The notes beneath the pieces are model-generated. The model was not told the DNA's origin and did not search any database. It was given only the letters and a program-made list of their open reading frames with translations. From Nemertoderma westbladi (taxonomy: Eukaryota > Animalia > Xenacoelomorpha), in contig JAUCBJ010004830.1 of NCBI GenBank assembly GCA_032718475.1, positions 26,310 through 90,309 on the forward strand: 64,000 nucleotides of DNA, read 5' to 3'. Of this stretch, positions 37,161 to 51,026 are shown piece by piece (position 1 is the stretch's first letter; every line of letters starts with the position of its first letter). A program made the translations under genes and the position numbers.

Positions 37161-37374
37161 AAACATCAGTTACGGAATTCTAATGTAAATCTATTCGCTT
37201 CACTTAAACGATATATATATTATATTATATATACCAATTGAAGGAAAGGAGCAAGTTACAGGAGGCAGCAGGCTATTCTAACCAAAACAAAAAACGGCCA
37301 CTTTACCAATTGTGGGATATGAGCAGGTTACAGAGGCGGGCTTATATATATATATTATGTTATATACACCAATA

Positions 37375-38521
37375 CTACTACTACTAGGATCGGCATGCTG
37401 CATTGCAGCTGCATTTTTAAGAATGCTGTGCCGGCTTGTCAACAAAATTGCACCGCCACAACTCCCTATCACCCATGACATTTGCTAGATCATCCGCATC
37501 TTTAAGGCCAGTGTCCTTTAAGATGCGTCTCAAGAAAGTCATGGGCTGTCCACCATGCTTATTCACTCCATGAGGCTGCCAAAGTACAAGATTATGCACT
37601 GGCTGGTCCTCACGGCGAAAGCAATGTCCTGCAAAGAGGAGGCGATTTTGTTCTAGTGTCAAGCTTGGGGGAACCAATGAGACACCTCCAATGTTATATA
37701 GTGTCTGGTTGGAGATGTGTACTACTAGGATCGGCATGCTGCATTGCAGCTGCATTTTTAAGAATGCTGTGCCGGCTTGTCAACAAAATTGCACCGCCAC
37801 AACTCCCTATCACCCATGACATTTGCTAGATCATCCGCATCTTTAAGGCCAGTGTCCTTTAAGATGCGTCTCAAGAAAGTCATGGGCTGTCCATCATGCT
37901 TATTCACTCCATGAGGCTGCCAAAGTACAAGATTATGCACTGGCTGGTCCTCACGGCGAAAGCAATGTCCTGCAAAGCGGAGGCGATTTTGTTCTAGTGT
38001 CAAGCTTGGGGGAACCAATGAGACACCTCCAATGTTATATAGTGTCTGGTTGGAGATGTGTGCATCTTCTTGACACAATGAACCCGGCGTAGCATTCTTG
38101 TGAATGTGCCATCCAGAGATTTGGTGTCCTCAGCAGTTAGAGCCCAGCATGGACTCCCGTAGAGGAGTACTGGAACTACTGCTGCTCTAAATAATTGGAC
38201 CTTAAGTTTCCGATTAATTCTCGGTGACTTCCAAATCCTGGAAAGCCTATTCAAGGCTGCCCATGCCTTTCCCTTACGTATTCGAAGGTCCTCACCTGAC
38301 TTCTGGATCCATGATCCCAGGTAACAGAAGTCGTCCACATGCTCAAGCATACCATCCTTTGAGCTTATGCTCATCCGAGACTTGCTGAGGACTTTCAAAG
38401 TTAACTGTCAGAATTTTGGTCTTTCTGGAGTTAATAAAAAGACCAACACTAGAAGCAGCATGTTCTAATGAGCTGAGGAGCCGTTGGGCTCCCTCTAATG
38501 ATTCTGAGAGTACTCCTAAGT
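37375..38521 (-). mobile_element. 5'-truncated RTE LINE with tandemly duplicated 3' end
   Basis: FCYLGSWI, RKGKAWAALNRLSRIW, LLYGS; two 341-bp 3' ends, each with a TAG tail. Confidence 0.92.
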
Positions 38522-39200
38522 AAGAAAGCGACAAACAATCCTTTCGATTTGTTTACCACGAGGGATGGACGTATAACCCAGTCTAGATCGACTTGGTCAT
38601 ACGGCCAATCCCCCCTGATTCCTCTTACCAGAAAACGTTTCGGATTAAATGCCGAAAAATGTGGTATCCATTTATGTATAAAATGGTGGAAAGGCAGGAG
38701 GTTAACCTTATCTATGAATTCCTCACAGCCTAAGGGACATAGAACAGATGTATAGGGGTTGGTGTTTGATGCATTCATTATGCGTGCAGCTTCCAAACTA
38801 TTTATTTCCCGCATGTGCCATTCCCTAACTACTGTAATATCATTGAATATTGGATTTAGATTTATAATTTGATGTACTGCCGTCGAAAACCTCCCCTCTA
38901 ACCCCGCCCATGCCGATCTCAATAAATTTGGAATTAAACCCCATGAACCTTCTGTGTTTGATTTACTAACTAAGGACGAGAAATATGATGGCCATGCGTG
39001 TTCCCATTTTGGTATATTTTTGTTATTAGTAGAAACATTGATAAGATACCCCCTACACTCTGTACATAAATGAAAAGTGCCATTAGACGATCTACAAATT
39101 TCTCCAAAAACCCTCTTACATGTTGTCCCAGTATAGCCCCGAATTTTAACGACCATTTCTGGCATGGTAGCTCGCAAACAGTTTTCACATCTACGGACTA
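38522..39200 (-). pseudogene. Cys-rich segment, probable N-terminal region of the non-canonical Rep-helicase protein
   Basis: LCTECRGYL, WEHAWPSYF, WGLIP..RSAW, FNDIT, VLCPLGCEEF; cut at 38521 by the RTE insertion. Confidence 0.5.
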
Positions 39201-40099
39201 CACCATCAGAGGGAAGGTCAGTAGTGTCTTAGTAGAATTTATTACGTTGCCAGTGGATTCACCACTGACTGACATACTATCGTCAAACCACCCCCCTTTA
39301 GCCCCCAATTGTTCCCGTAGCCCCGATTGAAATTGTTCCCCAGACCCTAACTGTTGTCTATCAGCCCCCCCCCCCCCCCCCCCCCCCCCAACCCCCAAGT
39401 GCCCCCCTCAGACCCTAATTGTTCCCCTATATGTTCATCTAGCCCAGAGTGTTCCCCAAACTCTACTTCAAAATCTTCCCAATACCCTGCCTCTGTAATA
39501 TCAGCCACTACAATCCCCGTATGTTCCCACTCAACCCCCGATTGTCCCCCCTCAGCCCCCGCCCCCACAGCCCCCGACTGTTCCCCCCTTAGATTTGAAT
39601 TATGAAACCCCCCACGAATTTGATTATTATTTATTAATGCTACGTAGTGTACCTGGTCGTGTATAAACACCAAACTAATACTAATTAACTCCGACCCAGT
39701 GTCATACATCAACATAGCGGTAGTGTGAGGAGTAGAGACCCAAGGATTAGAGTTAGTAGATGTAGTTGGAGGCGTAGAGGTGAGAATCGTGGAGTAGGTT
39801 GGTTGAGAATGTTGAGGTGTAGTAGTAGAAACCGGAGGTGGAAAGGGAGGAGCTCGTTCCATAGGTGTAGGTAGAGACTGTCCAGGAGACTGCGATCCGT
39901 TAGGTGGTAGAGACTGTGATCCGTTAGGTGATAGAGATTGCGATCCGTTAGGTGGTAGAGACTGCGATCCGTTAGGTGGTAGAGACTGGCCAGGAGACTG
40001 CGGTTCTGGTAGACAGACTTCATTAGGTCGAGACTGCGAAACTTGAGTAGAAGTGCCTGTTTTACCTGAAACAAATTATTGTATTTAGGTAATTATTTA

Positions 40100-41400
40100 G
40101 TTAATTAGCTGATAAGCTGCGCACATTAAAATGTATCATGGATAGTTTTGGTGTCAGTGTTGCAAAATCTGTGTTATATTCGTCTGCAAAGTGGTAGTTA
40201 CAATTTCTTAAATATGATGTGGTAGTTGGTGCATGCATGTCAGCATCTAAATCATTGTCGAAGTAGTTGTCTTTGGACTCTGTGAGATCAGTAATTGTGT
40301 ATTTGTCGAAGTATTGCGTATCAAGGTAGAAATATCCATACAATCAGGAATTTTGTAATCTCTCACAGTGAGAATAAATTCGTCATCATCTGTAATGTTC
40401 ATAAATGGTAGTGCATCTGCAAGACAAGCGGGACAGTACCAGGGAGAGTTGGAGTTCTGAAATTGTCTGTAATCTTTCTGTGTAAGTGAAAGTTACACAC
40501 ACTTTAGATGTAGCCATTGGCCACACAGGTCGCACCCTAAGGCCTGGTGAGACTCCCGCACCTCTCTATGACACTCTTTACATGGAAATATAGGGAATTT
40601 TAATTTTGATTATTATTTGTTGTTGGCAAGTTAAGTAACGTTTTAGTTTACTACAATATTACTTTGTGACGTTACGTGGCTGACGTGGCTTGTTACCAAC
40701 CTTCCTGGAGGAAGACTTTGATGGTTGTTTAACAGTTTTATCATTGACGTCGGTTGTCTGTTGATTGCGCCGCAGCTGTACTGGCTTGGGTTGTCGCAGG
40801 GTTGGGGTTGTTGCTAGTAGTTGACGTTGGTGGGGACCATGCATTGACGTCCTTATCATGGTAATAACCTGTAAGGGTATCTACCATTGGATTTGGCCAC
40901 CATGATCCGACCATCTATCGACCACGCCGCCTGAATCCCTCCCTTATCCTTGGCCGCTTTCAGAAGTGTACCACGACGCTTGGTTAAGCTCTCTTATAAC
41001 ACTATATTTGTTCCCTTTAGCTGCTTGCGGTTTCGGATGCACTTCTGTTTAGATCTATAGTTTGTAAACTTTATAATAGCGACGTTGTTTTCAGTTTCCA
41101 TTCTCTACTGGAAGATTGTGGCAGTTATCGATTTCATCGAGAGAGATGTTTAGGTTTAACTTCTCTTTAAGAAACACCATAACGTATTTCGCAGGATCGT
41201 TGACATCATCCTTATCAGATGGAAGACAAATACCGCGGATTAAGATGCAGTTTTTCTCGAATACCGCTCAAGGTTATCGACTGCCAGGGGGTATTGGCGA
41301 TACAATCGTTTAGTTTATCTAGAACCTCCATTGATCTGCTCTGTCAGTCCCAGAGATTCTCAATGTCATGGTTGATACCCTTATAAACTTCATTGTGACG
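40100..41400 (-). mobile_element. Degraded CR1/L2-group LINE (ORF1, PHD, start of APE endonuclease)
   Basis: Hand translation: ERYSRKNCILIRGI, IDNCH, FPCKEC..CDLCGQWLHLKC..WYCPACLADALPF, LSMIHFNVRSL. Confidence 0.8.
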
Positions 41401-41432
41401 GGATCCTAAGATCTCGACCGGATTAGATTTGT

Positions 41433-44400
41433 GCCATATCCAGATATCTCACTATTATTGCTGTACTATATTCTGGTTTTAATACAGATCTATATATCTA
41501 TGATACACTGCAGGCGTCATGTAGACAGGTAGGCTAGGTACTGGTCTGCCGGTAGTATATCAGTAGCCAGTACCAGAGTACTGGTACCGCTAGCCATACC
41601 AAGAACAAGAAGAAGTAAGAAGAAAGTGTAGGTCTACACTACACTACAATGAACTGAGGTACCGGCTGTCCGGCAGTCCGGATCGATAGGCCTACAGCAT
41701 ACCGCATACAGCAGTACTGGCTGACTGGTACGGTACAGCGGTAAGACGCCCCACAAAGCCTCAGGCTGACAGGCCTCAGACAGTTGGCCTAATCAATACC
41801 AAATCAATACATTATCAGACAATTCTGCACTGGTGAAAACAAGTTCCAAAACCCATAAGAAAAATTTCCTCTTGATTCTGCGTCTGGATTCTGACTAAGG
41901 TTTCGCAGAGTTTCCAAGGAGATGCCATACTTTTGCAATGGAATGGTTTCCAATTGTTCGGATTTATTTGACCATGTGGATAATAGTGTTTTTTCAGCCG
42001 CGGGTAGAATATCACTCCCTTGTGACATTAAACGTTCAATAGCATCAGTAAGACACAATATAGACTAGAAAGGCCAGGCTGTAGCAGACAGAGGAAGCTC
42101 TTGAAAACTAATTCAGTTTATTTTAATTAATTTTTAACAAAAAATATCAACTGGTGATAATTAATCATTACTCAATAGCATCAGTAAGACACAATATAGA
42201 CTAGAAAGGCCAGGCTGAAGCAGACAGGGGAAGCTCTTGAAAACTAATTCAGTTTATTTTAATTAATTTTTAACAAAAAATATAAACTGGTGATAATTAA
42301 TCATTACTATCAGTTTTTTTCAAAAATACTCCGGCCCCATCTTCGCCCGCGACTTCGCCTGCGACTCCGGCCCCGTCTCTGCCCGCGACTCCGCCTGTGA
42401 CTCTGTTCGCGAGTCTGTCCGCGACTCTGTCCGCGAATCCACCCTCGACACCACCCATGACTCCGCCCGCGACACTGCCCCCGACGTTCCCACCAAACAG
42501 ATCAAATATATGGTCGTCATGCTGTGGGACAACCTGTGTCACGTGGAGGCTGGCTGGCTCCAGCACCCCATTGGGAGTGGCAGCAGACTTGACCCAGCCA
42601 AATATCTGCCACCCCCGATCTCCTTATGCCTCTAGCTGGTGTTGGACGAAGTCACGGACCTTGTATTTGTCCACTGATTGATTTTTCGACTGAAAATGTA
42701 AATAATATTTGAAATATAAAAATTGAAACTAAATTTGTAATTTAAATTATCCAAATATTACGTTTTAATAATACAATAATAGCCATTACAGTCCTTCTCT
42801 CGAAAAGCATTCCTTTGATCAAACATTGATCAAACTTTGATCAAACATTGATGTCCCCCCTCCGGCTCCCACAATGCCTCTGCCCCTGGCTCCCGCACCG
42901 CCTCCACCCCCAGCTCCCGCAATGCCTCCACCCCTGGCTCCTTCCTGCAATGCGCCGCCCCCAGCCATGTAAACATTGAATTGGTAGAGTGGGGCCACCG
43001 GAATCACTCACGTGATATGAACTCTGGCGTCTTCAGGTACACCATTGACCAAGGTAGTCGGCTTACCCCAGCCGAGGATCTACCACCCTCTCCCTCCGTA
43101 TAATTCCAACTCATTGTTGACGTGGTCGCGGGCATTGAGATCTGGGATCATCCGTAGTTGCGTTTGAAAATATTAAACATAAGTTCATTATAAAATTAAC
43201 CCTTTTGAGATCCTGTGCCCTATGCGGGCTACCACTTTTAGAGGGTACTGTGGACAAGCAATATAATATTTATATACTGCCATCTGAAATGTCCCGTAAT
43301 CCATATAGGAAGCCAATGAATAGCATGTCCATTTTTATGATTTTGTCACATTAGATGTTGACCAATTACTTCAATTTCTATACAGAATGGAATTTTTTGA
43401 ATCTTATGGCTGAGCAGTACCATGCCACGGTGTCCGGACAATTGCGACCCGGACAATTGCGACCCATGATTTTTTGTTGCGGTTGGCCCTACATTATTCG
43501 CAATTAGATATTCTGGAATGTTTTGAATTAAAATTAATTGTTTTGTCATAACCTACATACATATATTGTTAACATTGTTCATGCATTATTTTTTTACTAG
43601 CTATTATTGATTGTCCTAACTTCATAATTATTACATAAATATAAATTTAAAACAAAAGATAAATGCAAATTAAATCTAAAATAACCTGTTAAAAACCAAA
43701 AATAATTTTGCTAATGATGGGAAACTAATTCGAGTCTGATAGGGTTAGTCAATTTTTTTATCATCACGACGAAAATACGTGATATGATAATGGCCATGAG
43801 GTACTGAACATAGAACAAATATAATGTGCAATCAATCCACCCTATGTCAAGTTTCCTCTGGGCCTCAATCACAGAATGAAGAATTTTCTCATCCTTCACA
43901 AGAAACATGGCATCTACTGGAGTCTTATCATGAAACTCAATCATTGAGTTTACCTCCTTCTCCTGTCTCTCTGGGATGACCAAAGGGTGGTAGTTTTGCA
44001 GAATCTCTTGATAGCCTCTCTGGCCAAGGAGATCTTGGATCGTAGGTGAGATGATATTTCATCTGCACCAGTTGATCCACATCTGAACTGAAAGAACCAC
44101 AGTAGGCACTTCAGGTGGCCATCTAAACTTTCACCCTTTGTGCCACATTTCTCACGCTCCTCTGCCATCACGAACTTCAACTGCCCAATGTCACAGACTG
44201 TACAGTTCTATAAAACCCTGATCAGTGGTGCCCAACCGCCTTTGAACCTGGAATACAATAGTAGCAGCCATGTTAAGGTTTTGCTTGACATATTTTTGAC
44301 TGTTACGTTGATCCACCTCCATGGAGTCCTTCTATTTCTGGAGAATCTATACATGGGTCGGATCAACCTTAGGTCAAAATCATGTATAGCAAGCTTGCCC

Positions 44401-46448
44401 TTAACCGATTGCACACCCCAGTTATAGCCAGGTGTGACACCCTTCCCAACCACCTCTTCGCAATCACTATCATCGGATATTCATAGATAGATTGTACCGG
44501 TACCTAAGAATGTAGCAGCTAGGCCTAGTGACACTCTGACATGCCTACCTTCAGACTTTACGACCCTCAAACTATAAACTAACTTAATTAAATAACAATT
44601 CGCATTACTCCAGGAATCTTAATCATGTAAAAATAAATAAATGAATCAATCAATCAATCAATCATCATCATCAATAACTCTGGGGCGTTTAGGAGGTGGT
44701 ATGATCTCTCCTTCACTATCAGCATCATCTGAGGAAAAACAAAAATTAAAGTTCCTCCTACAACCTTTATCCTTAGGACAGAGTCGCACCTTGCAAGGAT
44801 GACTGAACAAGGGGTGGTAGGGGAAGGCAACTTTATCATTGAAGGTGATGCTGAAAGTGAAGGAAGATCTACAGAAATCTGCCCCTCATTAAGGTCTCCG
44901 TTGCCAATACCAGTGGGACTGGTTGCAGTTGCAGTACTGGTAATAAGTTGACTAGGCCTACAATTTGCAGCATAACTGCTATTAGTGGTACTAGTAGTAC
45001 CCTAACAGTGGTACTGATTGACACACTAGACGGAGCTCTAGAAGTACCACTAATATCAGCTTGCAAAACCCCAGCACAAGCAATGGAGCCTCTGATACCA
45101 CTACCTGCCTGACTTCCTATGTTTCTATATTTTATAAAGTCATTGCCTCTTAATGATATAACTTTGTTTAGGACACTCTTATCAACTTTTTTACCTAGCC
45201 GCGAAGTAACCCAATCAGACAATACTTTAGCCCCCTCCCCAACATTGTTTGCTCCCATAATTTGCCTAAATACTGTATAAATAGAATCTTCTAGATTATT
45301 GATGACCTTTGTAGATTTAGATTGGGACTGTGCTTCTTTAAATTCATGCATTCGTAGTTTGGATTCTTCCTTACTTAAATTATGAAATTTCTGAAGATGT
45401 GTAGAGAGGTACTTCTGTGGCCTAGGGGTATCACAATACATATAGCGGATTGGTTTCAAAGGAATAACTTTGGAGGCTCCAGTGCCAGTTGGGGTAGAAT
45501 CATCGGAATCAGAATAAGACATATTAGATAAGAAAGAGTGGAGAGTGAAAAAAGAAATAATAAATCAAATTGCAGTTGAGGTGATAGATAACGTTAATAG
45601 AACAATTCGTAGATCATAGAAAATATAGATTGATGTAGAAATTGAGTATTTAGAAGAAATAATATTTATAGAAGAATGCAAATATTGCAGTTGAGTTGAT
45701 AAAATTCGGAGAACAATTCGTAGATTAAAGTAAATAGAGATTGATATAGAAATTGAGTGAATGAAATTATTGCAGTTGAGTGGATAACATTCGTAGATCA
45801 AAGAAAATAATCAGTTAAGGTTGTATTAAATAGATATTGACAATATTAAAGAAATTAATATTTATTGAAGATTTTATTGAAGATATATTTAATGAAATTA
45901 ATGCAGTTGAGAGGTATAGAGAGGTTTAATATATATTAATTAAGAAATCAGTATATAGGCCTAAAATTATATAATTTTGCTAATGGTAATCATGAGGATG
46001 AACAATCAATGAGGGTAATCATGGAATAATTCATACCTGAATAGGGTTTATATTCATGGACTACGCCAATATATGAAACAATATAATATTAATAAATATT
46101 AATATAATATGTCCAAAATTGAAGGGAACAGTTTAACTGTTAAAAGTTTAACTGTCTGTGCTACAAAAATCTGGAACGCATCTCTTATTACTCTAAAACA
46201 AATACGAAAACTAAAAACTTACATGGATAGCATTAAAAATCACTATTTTACAATATATGACCGTGACTCCATAACATAGCAACAAGTAACTTACACAACT
46301 TAGAATATACTGTGATAAAGTAAACAATTAATGTGTGTACGTATGTGTGGGTGGTGTAGTATGTGTGAAATAATGGTGTTTGTAATTGTAAGTATGGGGT
46401 GTGTGTGTGTCTACGCGCCAATGTATTGGGTATGTATGTACAACATCA
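41433..46448 (+). repeat. 5-kb direct duplication, copy 2
   Basis: Same ORF set as 31455-36460, offset about 9.98 kb. Confidence 0.97.
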
Positions 46449-47033
46449 TATATAATATAATAATATATCTAAATAAGTCTCAAACATCTTGCCTCATGGC
46501 TCGCCCCTTAGAACTCTTAAGCAATATAACTTCATAGTTTTGCGGATTGAAAATAGCAAAGTTAGAGAAGATGTTAATTTTCAGATAATACGCCCTCTAG
46601 CGGCAGACTATGGAACTGCAGACGGTTGGATATAGGTAAGAGTATTTAGTAATCAGAGCTGTCACGAGAGGGGGGGCGGGGCGCTTGGATACAACTATTA
46701 TTAATAAGCTGTTGCTTGGTTAAAGCTAATTGGAGGTCAAAGGTCAACGATAAAGCTGTCTGGATATAGATAAGAGTAATTAGTTACCAGTAAGGGAGCT
46801 GTATACCCTATGGCTAAGGATAACGAGATGAAAGTCAATGAGGTCATTTAGAAACCAATATATAAAACTAATTATTGGTAAATCTAAAATTAAGTACAAA
46901 TAAATAAAGTAAAAATAAATAATTAATTTAGAATTAAATACGAATAAAATAAAATGCAAATAATTAATTAAAATTAGGTACAATTAAATAAGTATTAATA
47001 AATAAAAGAGCTGCGGTGTCACTTATGACACCC

Positions 47034-47338
47034 TCTTGCTCCTCTCTGCGATAGTTAGACAACACTGATGCCCATTGTGTGTCAGGGCGCTAATCAGTCT
47101 GATTAATTAGGATAATCAATTAAACCCTAATTAGGAGTCATATGACACCTGTTAGGGTTTAATTGTACTAATTAATTGATGACACCTGTCAATTAGGGTC
47201 AAATTAGCCTAATTGGGAGGTGTCACCCAGACAGTCTGGCGCCAATGACACCCAATGACACCCATAGGGTGATAATTGGGTGTCATATGACACCCAATGG
47301 GTGTCAGTTGGGTCTAACTGTCGCAGAGAGGACCAAGA
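47034..47338. mobile_element. MITE / fold-back element
   Basis: About 50-bp imperfect inverted ends (TCTTGCTCCTCTCTGCGATAGTTAGAC.. / ..GTCTAACTGTCGCAGAGAGGACCAAGA) with internal TGACAC(C) repeats. Confidence 0.7.
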
Positions 47339-47339
47339 C

Positions 47340-47415
47340 CCTACTACTCGCAGTACATACCAACACATACACTACACAGCGCCTTGAAATAGTGCTTAGA
47401 AAGGCGCTTTATAAA

Positions 47416-47443
<28 letters not shown>
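47340..47443 (+). mobile_element. L2/CR1-type LINE or SINE 3' terminus
   Basis: AGCGCCTT..AAGGCGCT stem, then TTATAAAT and an (ATT)n tail. Confidence 0.65.
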
Positions 47444-47446
<3 letters not shown>

Positions 47447-48153
47447 AACGAATACAATTCACTTTTGTGTAATTTCTGATTATGAGTTGTACAATAAGTA
47501 GTTTTTAGACGATTTTAAGTCTTTCGTTATAGATAATTATTATCACTTATGACCGACAGTCAAAAACGCGGATGTGATTTCTCGAGTTAATGGCGCAAAG
47601 TGACCGGAAACACAAAATATGTGTTTTTTAGATGATTTAAAAAATTAATTTATTTAAATTTCAAACATTAGTGATGGTGTTTTCTACCCAAAACAATAAA
47701 CAATACCTTTTCACTAATGGTCAATTTGCGCCACTATTTGGATGTCTCAGCCGTTTGAAGATCGAAACTTGTGCAAACAAAATATGTTAAATTGTAAATA
47801 ACAATACTGTAAATAACAACAGGTTTTAATAAATTCTCACTGACAAGCGATTAAAATTTGTGCTTTTTTAAGAAATAATGTATGACCGTTCGGTACCTCT
47901 AGGAAGGATAACTTATCACTATTTCGCGTACTATACACTTCATTATTAACATTTTGTCATTGGTGGGGGTTTAGTTTATAGACTAGCCTAAATACATCTT
48001 ACGACCCCTACAAATTCCATCCCCCACCAGTAATTCATATATTGGAGACATAAATGTAGACGTTTTGCCTCTTACCCTAATGTAACAATTATCTATAGGC
48101 CTATTAAATATAATGTGAATTTTATCCCGTATTAATTAAATCTAATAACTATT

Positions 48154-48281
48154 TACATCATTGTGTGCAAAGTAGCACTTTGCAGCGTTATGACCCGAGT
48201 TTATTTATGTACCGAGGGAGGTTTACATAAAAAAACAAGGGTCTTTAACGCTGAAAAGTGACCTTTGCAAGCAATGATGTA
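48154..48281. mobile_element. Short palindromic hairpin element
   Basis: TACATCATTG..TGCAAAG..CAGCGTTA.GACCC pairs with GGGTCTTTAACGCTG..CTTTGCA..CAATGATGTA. Confidence 0.6.
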
Positions 48282-49630
48282 TGTAATTTTGTTACATTAA
48301 CTCAACTTATCAGCGTTCGGTATATGAAGAAAGGATTTTATGGTTGCTCATTTATACATTTTAATCATGTACTATATCGAATATAAGTGAAATTTATTAA
48401 CAGGTACACTGGTACACAGTATTAATTATACATTTAAATCTAATTAAAGTTTATTGGAAGTTATCTCCTGCTTGGATGTGATAAATCATTAATCCATCTT
48501 TACTATGGTCACCAGAACGCTGTTAAGTTGACATAATGAAACAAAATATATTGTAACAAACATTTTATTTTTTTTATTTTTAGATAATCTAAATAATATT
48601 TGTCATTTGGGTGGCTCCAAGGGGACATTGTCTTGTAAGAACCATTATATTATTTAGTGGCCCTTTATGAACAGTGACTAATTAAGGCCATTTCGAACTT
48701 TTGGCTCAAATGGAACATGGTCTTGCATATGCCATTGCCTTTTCAAAGGCGTTTGATAAAAATTGGCTAATATCGGGCCACATTATAGTTGAGTGGCTCC
48801 AAGCGACACTATCCAATATGGGCCATTTCAGATTTGAATGGCTTTAAGGGAAAATTGCCTAATATATATGAAATATAATTCATATTTAAGTGGCTCTAAT
48901 GGACAGTGTCGGTACTACTATGTTATGGGTACCCACTTTTTAAACAAATTTTATCATATGAAAATGGCTTTTATCATGAGGTTTTTTGTTATAGAACAAA
49001 TATTTAACCTTCTGCCAGTACAATGGTAGCTAGTAATTTTGATTTTGTGTTATAGCTAGTATTTTTTTTAGCTAGTGAAAAAAATTATAATTAAAAAATT
49101 GAAAAAAAAATTGACCAACTTTTTTCTTGTAAAAATATATTTTATTATGAGGTTTTTTATCTATAACAAATATTTGACCTTCTGACAGTAAGATGGTAGC
49201 TACTACTTTTAATTTTGTGTTATCTAGTACTATTTATTAGCTAGTAAATGTAGGATATACCGGTAATTTAATTCTCAATTATATATTTGTATGGAATAAT
49301 TTATGAGTCATGGTAGCTAGTAATTTTAATTTGATAGTCAAAGTAGGTAGTAATTATTCACTAGCTAATTTTTTATATTTTATACAAAATATAGGCAGAG
49401 TAGATAGATAGAGTTTTTACTTATTTTACTTATTTAGGCCTATTTTACTTATTACTAGATTTATTTATCTTTTTATTAATTGCGAGAATCTATTGATGAT
49501 ATGGAAATTGTCTAAATAAAAGGGGCACTACAAAATTTCTTTTGTAATTTTAAGATCACTATCTACCTTTAAAAACACTAGCTATCATAATAAAAAATAA
49601 TAGCTAACCTCTCTCAGAAGGTGAAATAAT

Positions 49631-51026
49631 GGTATTACTACACCTTGGGTCACACCTGACAAATTTAATTATAAGCATGTTTTATAGTGTTTTAAGCGTA
49701 CTGTAACAATAGTAATTGAATTCTAGAATGTTTTATATTTATTATAACCACTTGCACAAAGTGCATAACTGTCGAATAACAGAACAGTACTTTGTCGCTA
49801 TGAGTGATGTTTCACGTCATTCACATTTAAGATTGTCGAATGAATTAAATATAAAGGAAATTGGTGCAAAATTATGCTCTGAAGAGAATGCAATTAACTA
49901 TGCACAGTCATCCGGATTGTTACCTTCTGCAAACGCTGAATCAACATGTAAGTCAGAAGGATGTACTTATAGTGCATACATTTGGAGGAGAATGAGATAT
50001 GGATTTCCTAGGTTGACCTGGCGCTGTAGGGGACCTCACAAACATCAAAGATCAGCTCGTGAAGGTACGTGGTTCAGTTCGAGTTCTAATTTGCTTGTGG
50101 AGCAAATTTTCTGGATCATGTTCTTTTTTATAATCAACATGTCCGCTAGAGTCACACTACGATTGCTTGATGGACTGGTAGGAAAGTCTATGACTAAGAT
50201 AGTGGATTGGCAAAACTGTTCGCAAAAGACAAAGATAACGCTGAGCTAATGGGGGGAGTTGGGGAAACAGTACAAATCGACGAATCATTGTTTCGTGGAA
50301 GAAGAAAATATAAACGTGGGCGAAGACTTCTAGGAGATGTACCTTTCAAAAAGCGTAATCGAAAGATAAAACATAAGGTTGTAGGAACTAGATCTAACAA
50401 TTATGGTACTATGGTTGTTGGCCCCTGGATTTTTGGCATTGCTTGGAAGCGACCGGATCGAGAAGTAGACGTTAGAATGTTCATAGTTAAAAGAAGGAAC
50501 ATGAGAACCTTGCGTCCGATTCTAGAGAGCAATGTCAAAGGTGGTACAACGATATTTAGCGACGAATGGGCTGCATACTGCGGCAAAACTGTTGGGATAA
50601 CTAGCAAACGTTTTCCATGGAAAGCCTGTGACGGCAGCGGTAAATACTTCCACAAACACGTAAACCACAGTAAGATGGGGCGTGGTAGATTCGTAGACCA
50701 GATCACCAGAGCGAACACGCAACTTATAGAAGGATTATGGGGACATGCCAAACTTATGATAATGAAGCAACGGAAAGGCACTAGATTGAATTTACTTCAA
50801 AGTAACCTGGATGAGTATCGGTGGAGGATGCTTCACAAACGTTCACCGTTTAACGACCTTATTGAATTAGTAAAGCAAGAGTATCCAATTAACTAACTGT
50901 TAATATACATTCTAGAACAATTATCTAATTACTAATATACATTGTAGAACAATATTAGTATTCTTAAATAACCTATTTATGTATTAAAAAAAATTTCGTA
51001 GGTGTGACCCAAGGTGTAGTAATACC
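49631..51026 (+). mobile_element. Merlin (IS1595/ISXO2-like) DNA transposon, full length 1396 bp (inner)
   Basis: Perfect 27-bp TIR GGTATTACTACACCTTGGGTCACACCT; 8-bp TSD GAAATAAT at 49623-49630 and 51027-51034. Confidence 0.95.
49800..50896 (+). pseudogene. Merlin DDE transposase with one frameshift near 50215
   Basis: Zn ribbon (C..C, WRC, H), SAREGTWF, VQIDES, KYKRGR, WIFG, SDEWAAY, VNHS, NTQLIEGLW, LDEYRWR. Confidence 0.9.

Noticed and set aside
31455-46448. The 5-kb repeats as LTRs of a giant retroelement
   Set aside because: No TG..CA ends, PBS, PPT or TSD, and no gag-pol in the middle.
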